Part shown: in pieces, positions 46,699 to 55,108 of the stretch
Layout: every line of letters starts with the position of its first letter
Position numbering within the stretch: position 1 is the stretch's first letter
Assembly (NCBI GenBank): GCA_965220645.1
Contig: OZ244836.1
Coordinates: 1,295,521 to 1,359,520 of the forward strand
DNA from: Candidatus Aldehydirespirator sp.
GTDB taxonomy: Bacteria; Actinomycetota; Acidimicrobiia; Acidimicrobiales; Aldehydirespiratoraceae
Length of the DNA stretch: 64,000 bases
Direction of reading: 5' to 3'
Notes under the pieces: model-generated
Told to the model about the DNA's origin: nothing
The model's input: only the letters and a program-made list of their open reading frames with translations
Database searches by the model: none
Translations under genes and position numbers: made by a program

Positions 46699-48195
46699 GT
46701 GTCCCGTCCGAGCACCGGAGATCTGATCGCCGGGGTGTCGGTGGCGCTCGTCGCCATTCCGCAGTCGCTGGCCTACGCCGAGCTGGCCGGGCTTCCGCCG
46801 CATTACGGCCTCTACGCGACGGCGCTGCCATCGCTGCTGGCCGCGTTCTTCGTGTCGTCGAGATACCTGCAGACCGGACCGGTGGCCTTGACTGCCCTGC
46901 TTACCCTCGGCGCGCTGTCCGGGGTGGCCGAACCCGGCGAGACCGGCTACATCCAGAGCGCGGCACTGCTGGCCCTGCTCGTGGGCATCATGCGGCTACT
47001 GCTGGGAGTGGCCCGCATGGGCCGGGTGGCCTACGTGCTCTCGGAGCCGGTCGTCACCGGATTCACCGCAGGAGCCGCGGTGGTGATCATCGCCTCGCAG
47101 CTCCCCAAGATCTTCGATGTCGACCCCGACGGGCAGATGCTGGCCGCAGCGGTGCGGGCCCTGGGCCAACCCGACGAATGGCGCTGGTCGGCCATCGCCT
47201 TCGCCGTCGCGACGGTGGCCCTGATGATCGGGGGTCGCTACGTGCACCGGCTGTTCCCCGGTGTGCTGGTAGCAGTCATCGCCGGGGTCGTGCTGGCCGG
47301 GGCCGGCGGCTACGAGGGTTCGAAGGTGGGAGACCTTGGGGGCGGGTTCATACCGCTGAGCCTGAACTTCGCGTGGTCCAAGGCGCCGAGCCTGCTGCTG
47401 CCAGCGGCCGTGATAGCCCTGGTCGGGTTCGCCGAGCCGGCGTCGATCGCCCGCACCTATGCCGCTGCCGACCGCCTGCCGTGGAACGCCAACCGGGAGA
47501 TGGTCAGCCAGGGCGTCGCCAACCTCGCTTCAGCGGTGTCGGGCGCCTTCCCGGTGGGGGGCTCGTTCTCACGCAGCTCGCTCAACCGTCTGGCCGGCGC
47601 CACCAGCGCCTGGTCGGGCGCGATCACCGGAGCCTTCGTGCTGGCCGTGCTGCCGCTGGCGTCACTGCTGGAGAACCTGCCCACCGCGGTGCTCGGCGTG
47701 ATCGTGATCGTCGTCGTCGTGCGCCTGGTGGACGTGAACGAGATGGCCCGCCTGCCGCGCGGCTCCTTCCCCCAGGCGCTGGTCGGAGCAGGCACAACCA
47801 TCGCCACCATCGGCTTCGCGCCTCGGGTGGAGCGAGGTGTGCTGTTGGGGATCGGACTGGCCATCGCGGTGCACCTCTACCGTGAGATGCAGGTCACCAC
47901 ACCCGGCGAGCGGAACCATGACACCCTCACCGTGCGGCCCAAGGGCGTGATGTGGTTCGCCACTGTGCCCCAGGTGGAGCGCTCGGTGCGTGAGGAGTTG
48001 GCATCCGAGCGCAACCTGACGTCGGTGGTGATCGACCTGTCCGGCGTGGGCAGGCTCGACTATTCCGGGGCGGTGGCGTTGCGCCGCATCATCGAGAGGA
48101 TGTCGGCCGGAGGGGTGGAGGTCAGCGTGGCCGGGATTCCTCCAAGCGCGTCGGGGGCAGTGCGTTCCGAGTTGGAGCACTACGGGTCTCCCTGA
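46699..48195 (+). CDS. SulP-family anion (sulfate) permease with C-terminal STAS domain
   Basis: N-terminal DLIAGVSVALVAIPQSLAYAELAGLPPHYGLY. Multiple TM segments and a STAS-like C-terminus. Confidence 0.9.
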   Translation: MSRPSTGDLIAGVSVALVAIPQSLAYAELAGLPPHYGLYATALPSLLAAFFVSSRYLQTGPVALTALLTLGALSGVAEPGETGYIQSAALLALLVGIMRLLLGVARMGRVAYVLSEPVVTGFTAGAAVVIIASQLPKIFDVDPDGQMLAAAVRALGQPDEWRWSAIAFAVATVALMIGGRYVHRLFPGVLVAVIAGVVLAGAGGYEGSKVGDLGGGFIPLSLNFAWSKAPSLLLPAAVIALVGFAEPASIARTYAAADRLPWNANREMVSQGVANLASAVSGAFPVGGSFSRSSLNRLAGATSAWSGAITGAFVLAVLPLASLLENLPTAVLGVIVIVVVVRLVDVNEMARLPRGSFPQALVGAGTTIATIGFAPRVERGVLLGIGLAIAVHLYREMQVTTPGERNHDTLTVRPKGVMWFATVPQVERSVREELASERNLTSVVIDLSGVGRLDYSGAVALRRIIERMSAGGVEVSVAGIPPSASGAVRSELEHYGSP

Positions 48196-48251
48196 CCGAT
48201 CGTCGCAGCTGGTCGCTTGCTCCTATCCGCTCGGCCCCAAGATCCCGTATT

Positions 48252-49271
48252 GTGGAGGCGATGACCGAGGCGGCTGGCTCTCTGTCCCACGACGAGCTGG
48301 TGGCGGCCATGACCGGCGGCATGGCCCGCTCCGGCCTGCCCACCTTCGCGGGCTCGCCGCGGCTGCGGCCCGACGGCCGGCCCCGCCCGGAATTCCGCGC
48401 CGAGCTGCGCCGGATTCCCGACACCGTCAACGCCGTCACCGTGATGGCGACATTGGCTGCGGCCGTCGCCGTGGTTGCGGCGGTCATCGCGATCGATCAC
48501 TGGCTCGCCACTGCTCTTGCCGTGCCGGTGATGGGAGTTGTGATGCTGCGGATGTTCATCCTGCATCACGAGGCCGCCCACCGGTTGCTGTTCTCCGACC
48601 GGGTCGTCAACGACGTGATCGGCGTGCACATCCTCGGCTGGCTGCCCTTCGGCACCGGCACCCACCACTACCGGCGGGGCCACGTCAACCACCACCGCGA
48701 CGAGTTCGGTCCAAAGGAGCCCGACTTCCTGCTGTACTCCTTCTATCCGGTGCCCCGGGCGTCCATGCGCCGCAAGCTCCTGCGCGACCTGCTCGGCGTG
48801 TCCGGCTACCGGATCGTCAAGCCCCGCCTCACGGGCCTGGTGCAGCCCCGCTTCCTGGTGTTGAGCCTGCGGTTCTTCGCCGGCCAGGCTCTGGTGTTCG
48901 GCGCATTCTGGGCCGTTGGGCACCCGTGGCTCTACCTAGTGCTGTGGGTGCTGCCCTACTTCACCTACTACCAGGTGGCCAACCGTCTCCGGGCCATCGC
49001 CGAGCATGGCGGCATGACACGCACCCCCGACCGCCGCAATACCACCCACCATGTGCGCCAGAGCCTTCCGGCCCGCCTGTTCCTCGTGCCCTACAACGTG
49101 GGCTACCACTTGGCGCACCATGTGGACTCCGGCGTTCCGGCCCGCAACCTTCCCCGGCTGCAGCAGGCGCTCGAGGAGGACGGCTACATGCCTGCCGAAG
49201 CGATCTGGCCCACCTACCGGTCGCTGTGGCATGCCCTGGTCCGGTCAGATCCGGAGCTGGCTGAACTCTAG
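48252..49271 (+). CDS. Membrane fatty-acid desaturase family protein
   Basis: His boxes HEAAH, HHYRRGHVNHH and HLAHHV, with TM segments between them. Confidence 0.8.
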   Translation: MEAMTEAAGSLSHDELVAAMTGGMARSGLPTFAGSPRLRPDGRPRPEFRAELRRIPDTVNAVTVMATLAAAVAVVAAVIAIDHWLATALAVPVMGVVMLRMFILHHEAAHRLLFSDRVVNDVIGVHILGWLPFGTGTHHYRRGHVNHHRDEFGPKEPDFLLYSFYPVPRASMRRKLLRDLLGVSGYRIVKPRLTGLVQPRFLVLSLRFFAGQALVFGAFWAVGHPWLYLVLWVLPYFTYYQVANRLRAIAEHGGMTRTPDRRNTTHHVRQSLPARLFLVPYNVGYHLAHHVDSGVPARNLPRLQQALEEDGYMPAEAIWPTYRSLWHALVRSDPELAEL

Positions 49272-49312
49272 ATTCCCGCTCTTGTTCGCGGCCGCTCACG
49301 GGCCGCTCGGCC
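49271..49312. repeat. ~40-nt dispersed element, copy B
   Basis: Fills the 42-nt convergent gap between the desaturase stop and the ACT-protein stop. Near-identical to 9361-9400. Confidence 0.7.
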
Positions 49313-49313
49313 T

Positions 49314-49709
49314 CTAGAAGGAGAAGCCGTCCAGGACCTGCTTCAGGGTGTCGGTGTCGTGCGAGCCGAGCACGACCCTCGAGTTCGTAGCCACGTAGAC
49401 GATGTCGAGGTTGATGCCGGCGTTGGAAACCATCCGGGCCAGCTCGGCCAGCTCGCCCGGCCTGTCCTTGGCCTGGACCACCACCACCTCGCGCTCGCGG
49501 GTGACGGTCGGTCCCTGCGTGTTGGCCAGGGCCCGGTACACAGGCTCGCTGTGAGGCACAAGGATGTGCAGCTCCGCCGTGCTGCCGTTTCCCATGCACG
49601 TTGCGGCCGCGATGTTGACGCCTGCGTCGCTGATCGCGGTTGCCACTCTGGCCAGCGCTCCCGGTTTGTTTTCCAACTCGATTACCAGGTCGCTGGCCAG
49701 AGTCGACAT
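49314..49709 (-). CDS. Tandem ACT-domain protein
   Basis: Start at ATG 49709 (MSTLASDLVIELENKPGALARVATAISDAGVNI). A second ACT-like half is present (VVVQAKDRPGELAELARMVSNAGINL). Confidence 0.7.
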   Translation of the reverse strand: MSTLASDLVIELENKPGALARVATAISDAGVNIAAATCMGNGSTAELHILVPHSEPVYRALANTQGPTVTREREVVVVQAKDRPGELAELARMVSNAGINLDIVYVATNSRVVLGSHDTDTLKQVLDGFSF

Positions 49710-49888
49710 GAGAGCGGACCCTCCTTGGGTTGTGGGGCCCGATGCGTGCGTCCGGGCGGGTAGGCAACCGACTGTAGAGCACAACCGCGCCGCTGTGAAG
49801 CCCGGACTTCGGACCCGGGGAGCGTCCTGTCCACCAACCCCCTCGACCCAGGGACAACGTCCCCGGTTGTCACCACTAGCGTTCGCGG

Positions 49889-50716
49889 GTGCTCGTCGAC
49901 GCACACACCCACGTCGTGGCGGCCGATCGGAACGCGTTTCCGCTGTCTCCGGCTGCCCTGCCCGGGGACTGGTACACCGAGTCGCCGTGTTCGGCCGAAG
50001 GTCTGCTGGCCGAGATGGACAATGCGGGAGTCGATCGGGCCGTGCTGGTCCAGCCGGTCGGGGCGTACTCCTTCGACAACCGCTACGCGGCGGCAGGCGC
50101 CTCGGCTCACCCCGACCGGTTCACAGCCGCTTGCTGCGTCGATCCCTACGGCGAGTCGCCCGCACAGGAACTCCAGCGCTGGCTGGACCACGCCGGTGTC
50201 GGTGGCGTTCGGTTCTTCGTGCTGTCGAGGCAGCGATCGTGGTTGAGCGATCCGGACACATTCGGACTGTGGGAGCAGGCCGGCGCATCCGCCGCCCATG
50301 TGATCGTGACCGTCTTCGAGAGCCAATTCGACGAGCTCGCCGGCGTGCTGGGACGCTTCGAGGACGTGGCCGTGTCGCTGGATCACTGCGGGTTCTGCGA
50401 CATTGCCCGGCCCGAGCGCTTGGCCGAACTGGCCCGGTTCGAGAACCTCCACCTAAAGGTGACCACCAACGTGATCGACGCCGCGGTTGCCGCCGCCGGC
50501 ACGGCCCGACCCTTCGTGAGCCGTCTGACCGGCGCCTTCGGCGCGGAGCGCCTGATGTGGGGCTCCGACTACTGCCAGACCCACGACCGACCTTATGGGG
50601 ACTTGGTGCGAGCGGGAATCGACGCCTTCGCCGGGCTCGGAGGCGCTCAGCAGGATGCCTGCCTAGGGGGCACGGCTCTGCGGCTCTGGCCCTTCATTGC
50701 CCGTCAGCCCGAATAG
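49889..50716 (+). CDS. Amidohydrolase-2 family protein
   Basis: N-terminal MLVDAHTHVV and C-terminal WGSDYCQTH. Confidence 0.7.
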   Translation: MLVDAHTHVVAADRNAFPLSPAALPGDWYTESPCSAEGLLAEMDNAGVDRAVLVQPVGAYSFDNRYAAAGASAHPDRFTAACCVDPYGESPAQELQRWLDHAGVGGVRFFVLSRQRSWLSDPDTFGLWEQAGASAAHVIVTVFESQFDELAGVLGRFEDVAVSLDHCGFCDIARPERLAELARFENLHLKVTTNVIDAAVAAAGTARPFVSRLTGAFGAERLMWGSDYCQTHDRPYGDLVRAGIDAFAGLGGAQQDACLGGTALRLWPFIARQPE

Positions 50717-51747
50717 GTGTGAAGGTCGATCTCGTTCAGGAGGGGCTGACCGGCGACGTAGCGGGCCAGGTTGTCGGCGAAGACCCGGTGCGCCGACTCG
50801 AAGAAGCGGGTCGGCTCGGTGGAGCAGTGAGCGGAGATATAGATGTTGGGAGCATCCCAGAGAGGCGAGTCCTGCGGCAGCGGCTCGACCGCGGTCACGT
50901 CGAGCGCGGCGGCTCGGAGCTTGCCGGAGCCAAGCGCAGCCGCCAGCGCAGGCTCGTCGACGAGCGAACCCCGGCCCACGTTCACGAACATCGCGCCGTC
51001 CCGCATAGCGGCAAAGGCCGAAGAGTCGAACAGCTCGTGGGTCTCGGGCGATTCGGGGACAGCCGCGACGACAATGTCGCAGCGGCCCAGCATGTCGTGG
51101 AGCCCGCCGGGGCCGAGAACCTCGTCGGCCAGGTCGCTCGGAGCCGCGCTGCGACGTATGACGATCACTTCCAGGTCGAAGGCGCGGGCTCGGCGGGCCA
51201 CCGCCTGATTGATGGGTCCGAATCCCACGAGCCCGATGGTGGTGCCCGCTACGTTGTCGCCGAAGACCGGGTGCCATCGTCTTCGTTGCTGGGTTTTGTC
51301 CAACCGGCGGGTCTGCTTGAACTCTCCCAGGATGCGGGCGAAGACGAACTCGGCTATCGATGTCGCGTTGGCTCCAGAAGCGTTGGTCAGGCGGATGCCT
51401 GCCTCCCGAAGCCCCGCGGAGGTGAGGTGAGCCACACCGGCGGCCAGAGCCTGCACCCAGCGCAGCCGGGGCGCGACCGCGGCGACATCGAAGGGCAGGT
51501 CGAGCGCGATGCAGCACTCGATGCGAGCGAACGCGTCCCGCTGGGCCGCGGTGAGCTCGGGGGCCAGATGGCGCACCGCGTCGTAGGGCGGGACTCCCCG
51601 GCCTGAGCGAAGCTCCGAGGACTCCTCGTAGGGCTCCACGACGATGTCGATGCGGGGATCGATGGCGGCCAGCTCGGCCAGATGCCGGTCGAAATCGAGG
51701 TTCCATTCACCCGGATAGAGGACTCCGACGACCGGCGGACCGGTCAT
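50704..51747 (-). CDS. D-isomer-specific 2-hydroxyacid dehydrogenase family (NAD-binding)
   Basis: Start at ATG 51747 (MTGPPVVGVLYPGE...), which overlaps the stop of the upstream gene as ATGA. Contains GLVGFGPINQAVARRA, NVGRGSLVD and DVTAVEPLP. Confidence 0.85.
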   Translation of the reverse strand: MTGPPVVGVLYPGEWNLDFDRHLAELAAIDPRIDIVVEPYEESSELRSGRGVPPYDAVRHLAPELTAAQRDAFARIECCIALDLPFDVAAVAPRLRWVQALAAGVAHLTSAGLREAGIRLTNASGANATSIAEFVFARILGEFKQTRRLDKTQQRRRWHPVFGDNVAGTTIGLVGFGPINQAVARRARAFDLEVIVIRRSAAPSDLADEVLGPGGLHDMLGRCDIVVAAVPESPETHELFDSSAFAAMRDGAMFVNVGRGSLVDEPALAAALGSGKLRAAALDVTAVEPLPQDSPLWDAPNIYISAHCSTEPTRFFESAHRVFADNLARYVAGQPLLNEIDLHTYSG

Positions 51748-52262
51748 GGGGATCCGGTCAGAAGGCGAAGCGCGGGCTCGACCGCGGTGTCGGCCCGAGC
51801 GATGACCGCGGTCTCGGCGATGCCGCCCAGCGGATGGCTCACGGCGACGACTCGCAGGTCGGGCAGACCCAGCGTCTCGGCCACGCCGGCGGCCAGGGAT
51901 GCGAAGCTGGTAGTGGCCACCAAGACGGTGGGAGTGCCTGCTGTCTCTAGGTTGACGGAGTCGTGGACACTCCACGACGTGCAACTGCCTCAATCGGCCG
52001 AGCCGGTTAGGACCACCTCGGCTTCGGCCAGTCTCGCCAGCGTGTCGTCGGACGCGGGCAGGGCTGCGTTCTTGCGCTCCACCAGCCCGACGGTCGCTCC
52101 CGTGCGGGCTGCGAGGCGCTCAGCCAGATGTCGAAGCAGCCGGCCCGCATTCGGCTTGGAGTTGTCCAGAATCGCGATCCGCTTGCCGGCCAGCACCGGT
52201 TCCGGAGCAGCGAGGGAGGCGGCGGACGGTCCGACCTCTCCCACGGGAGTGTAGATCCTCAT
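51744..52262 (-). CDS. UGSC-motif protein with in-frame TGA (candidate selenoprotein)
   Basis: ATG 52262 follows GAAGGAGG. It reads ...AEAEVVLTGSAD[TGA 51992-51990]GSCTSWSVHDSVNLETAGTPTVLVATTSF...LLTGSP. The frame stays open for 246 nt after the TGA and ends in an ATGA overlap with the next gene. Confidence 0.7.
51960..51978 (-). promoter_or_regulatory. Candidate bacterial SECIS hairpin for the UGSC-motif gene
   Basis: On the mRNA strand GUCGUGG-AGUGU-CCACGAC forms a perfect 7-bp stem with a 5-nt loop. It starts 11 nt after the UGA. Confidence 0.4.
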
Positions 52263-52303
52263 CGATTGCCTCCTTCGAGGGTACTCGCAGGTTCCCTCAT
52301 GGG

Positions 52304-53341
52304 TCAGACCTCCACGGGCACGGTGGCACTCCGGGTGATCCCCCAGCTCGGGATGACCGAGCTGTGCTTTCCAGGTCCTCCCACCACCATGACCTTGATG
52401 TTGCTCGGTCGCTCGGTGACGGCCATCAGCGCGTCGTCATCGAGGGCCTCCTGCCAGGGCGCCCATGCCCGGAGCGCGAGCGCCGCCCGCAGATCACCCA
52501 CCCGCATCCGTGCCCGCTGATGGAGGTGGGAGGCCACGTGGTCGCGGGTCCATCCCGCGCCCGCACAGGCGGCCGCGTGCTCGGGGCACAGCATCACGAA
52601 GAACTCGCCTGAGCTGACCGGTGCGTTGTTGGAGCCCAGCGACGTCATGGCCGAGGCCGCCTTGTCGAGGATGGCGGCGGGGTCGGTCGACTCCATGTCA
52701 TGGAAGTTGTGGGGCGCCTCGCCGCAGTGGACCGTCACCGCGGAGGGAGCGTCCACGCCGGCACTGGCCGCGTACCCGCCCCACGGCGACTCTGCCAGGT
52801 TCTCGCCCACGCAGTAGGTGTACTTGGCCGGACCGCCCTGAGTGGAGGCATCGCCCGCCCCAGGGACGGCTCCGGCAACGTGCAGGAGGATGAGCCTCAG
52901 CGCCCGGCCCGTGGCTGCGTTGGCCACATTGCCGGGGCCGAAGGCGCCGAGGCCGGCGTTGTATCCAGCCGTGCGAGCAATCTCACCATGCACGATGAGC
53001 AGTGGAGCCACCGGATGCGTGGTGGCGTTGATACCTCGCAGGTTGACCTCAGGACGGGTCATGGCTCGAACCGCGGCCACCAGAACGGGCAGGTGCTCGG
53101 GGCGGCAGCCGGCCAGCACTCCGTTGACGGCGATCACTCGGCGGGTGGCCACGCCGGACCGGGGCGGCAGCACTGCGACGGTCTCGTCGGGGTCGCCGCC
53201 GCCGGCAAGCATCGCATCCACCCGTTCCGGCGTCGGTGCCACGAGTGGGAGCCCGTCGCCCCAGCCGCGCCCGGCATAGACGTCCCGGACGGCGTCAGGG
53301 TCGTCGGAAGGGACTTCGAGCATCTCCGGCAGGTCGGCCAT
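52304..53341 (-). CDS. Conserved-looking hypothetical protein (345 aa), first gene of the UGSC operon
   Basis: Non-repetitive, balanced composition (GWGDGLPLVAPTPERVDAML...INATTHPVAPLLIVHG...). No family recognised. It ends 41 nt upstream of the UGSC gene. Confidence 0.6.
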   Translation of the reverse strand: MADLPEMLEVPSDDPDAVRDVYAGRGWGDGLPLVAPTPERVDAMLAGGGDPDETVAVLPPRSGVATRRVIAVNGVLAGCRPEHLPVLVAAVRAMTRPEVNLRGINATTHPVAPLLIVHGEIARTAGYNAGLGAFGPGNVANAATGRALRLILLHVAGAVPGAGDASTQGGPAKYTYCVGENLAESPWGGYAASAGVDAPSAVTVHCGEAPHNFHDMESTDPAAILDKAASAMTSLGSNNAPVSSGEFFVMLCPEHAAACAGAGWTRDHVASHLHQRARMRVGDLRAALALRAWAPWQEALDDDALMAVTERPSNIKVMVVGGPGKHSSVIPSWGITRSATVPVEV

Positions 53342-53503
53342 GACTGCTAAGTCTGCTGCCTAACGGGTTCGTTTGCCCCGTGAGGCACCGCGGAGAGGTG
53401 TCTGGACCCTGTTGTGCACCCCAAGGTTCACTGCATGAAAAACGATGGTGATGCATGTAGTTATCAGCGCGAGGAGTGACCGGCAGCGCATTAGTCTGCG
53501 ATC

Positions 53504-55039
53504 ATGAGCACCGAGCGTCGACGGCGCAGGCCGCGGCAGGCCGCGGTTGAGAAGCCGAGCGGTCCGGTCCAGCCGCCGTGGCGGCTGCATGAGCGCCGGT
53601 TCGAGCCGACGCCGATGGTGAGCGAGGACGAGCTTGAGGCCATCCACGCCGCTTCGCTGGCGGTGCTGCGCGACATCGGAATGGAGTTCCTGCATCCGAC
53701 GGCCCAGCGGATGTGGGCCGAGGCCGGGGCCAAGGTCGACGGGGTTCGGGTGCGCTTCGACCCGGAGATGGTCACCGAACTGGTCGCCACCGCGCCCGGC
53801 GAGTTCGTGCTGCACGCCCCCGACCCGGCTCGGCACCTCCCGATGGGTGGGCGAAGCGTGGCCTTCTCGTCGGTCGCCAGCCCCCCGAACGTGGCCGACC
53901 GGGCCGGCGGCCGCCGCACCGGCAACCGGGAGGACTTCCGGCGGCTGGTGATGCTCGGGGAGGTGCTCAACTCCATCGCCTTCCAAGGCGGCTACCCGGT
54001 GGAGCCAGTGGACGTGCACGCATCGGTGCGTCACCTGGTGGCGACCCGCGATCTGCTCACCCTGACGGGCAAGGCCCTCCACGCCTACTCGTTGGGGGCG
54101 CAACGCAACCGCGACTGCCTGGAGATGGTGCGCATCGTGCGGGGTGTCAGCGACGACGACCTGGAGGTGGAGCCGTCGATCTTCACCGTGGTGAACTGCA
54201 ACTCGCCGCTGCGTCTCGACACGCCCATGCTGGAGGGGATCCTCCAGTACTCGGCCCGCAATCAGACGGTGGCGGTCACCCCGTTCACGCTGGCCGGGGC
54301 GATGGCGCCGGTGACAGTGGCCGGCGCGGTGGTGCAGCAGAACGCCGAGGCCCTCGCCGGCATGGCCTTCTGCCAGCTGGTGAGGCCGGGCTCGCCGGTG
54401 ATCTACGGGGGTTTCACCTCCAACGTCGACATGCAGTCGGGCGCCCCCGCCTTCGGCACCCCCGAGTACATGCAGGCGGTGCTGCTCGGGGGCCAGCTCG
54501 CTCGCCGGTACGGCGTCCCCTACCGGTCCTCGAACGTCTGCGCGGCCAACGCGGTCGACGCCCAGGCCGCCTACGAGAGCATGTTCTCGCTGTGGGCGGT
54601 GGTGATGGGCGGCGCCCACATGGTGATGCACGGGGCGGGGTGGATGGAGGGCGGGCTCCAGGCCTGCTACGAGAAGATGGTCATCGATGCCGACATGATC
54701 GGCATGGTGGGGGAATTCCTGCAGCCCTTGGCAACCGACCCGGACTCGCTCGCGGTGGAGGCCATCGCCGAGGTCGGCCCCGGGGGGCACTTCTTCGGCA
54801 CCGCTCACACCCTTGCCCGCTTCCGCGACGCGTTCTTCAAGCCGATGGTGTCGGACTGGCGCAACTACGAAACGTGGGCCGAGGCCGGCTCGCCCACCGC
54901 CCTGGACCACGCCGAACGCCTGGTGGGGGAGCTCCTGGCCGTCTACGAGCCCCCGCGGTTGGCCGATGACGTACGCGCCGAGCTGGACGACTTCACCGAC
55001 CGGCGCATTGCCGAGGGCGGAGTCAAGACCGACTTCTAG
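53504..55039 (+). CDS. MttB-superfamily (trimethylamine methyltransferase-like) protein, non-pyrrolysine type
   Basis: 511 aa and uninterrupted, with no in-frame TAG. MttB-like core VNCNSPLRLDTPMLEGILQYSARNQTVAVTPFTLAGAMAPVT...GGFTSNVDMQSGAPAFGTPEY. Confidence 0.85.
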   Translation: MSTERRRRRPRQAAVEKPSGPVQPPWRLHERRFEPTPMVSEDELEAIHAASLAVLRDIGMEFLHPTAQRMWAEAGAKVDGVRVRFDPEMVTELVATAPGEFVLHAPDPARHLPMGGRSVAFSSVASPPNVADRAGGRRTGNREDFRRLVMLGEVLNSIAFQGGYPVEPVDVHASVRHLVATRDLLTLTGKALHAYSLGAQRNRDCLEMVRIVRGVSDDDLEVEPSIFTVVNCNSPLRLDTPMLEGILQYSARNQTVAVTPFTLAGAMAPVTVAGAVVQQNAEALAGMAFCQLVRPGSPVIYGGFTSNVDMQSGAPAFGTPEYMQAVLLGGQLARRYGVPYRSSNVCAANAVDAQAAYESMFSLWAVVMGGAHMVMHGAGWMEGGLQACYEKMVIDADMIGMVGEFLQPLATDPDSLAVEAIAEVGPGGHFFGTAHTLARFRDAFFKPMVSDWRNYETWAEAGSPTALDHAERLVGELLAVYEPPRLADDVRAELDDFTDRRIAEGGVKTDF

Positions 55040-55108
55040 GGCTCGCTGAGCCACACCGTTCGTTCTGTTCGAGGATTCGCGTCGTAGCGGCAGGTTTGCT
55101 CGCACAGA

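Noticed and set aside
49564-51606. Plus-strand ORF of 680 aa, plus minus-strand ORFs 49682..50452 and 50663..51706.
   Set aside because: They overlap the motif-bearing ACT-domain, amidohydrolase and 2-hydroxyacid dehydrogenase genes in other frames or strands. The sequences are Arg/Gly/Pro-rich shadow ORFs.
53504-55039. Possible pyrrolysine (in-frame TAG) in the MttB-family gene.
   Set aside because: The ORF is uninterrupted for 511 codons with no internal TAG. This is a non-Pyl member.
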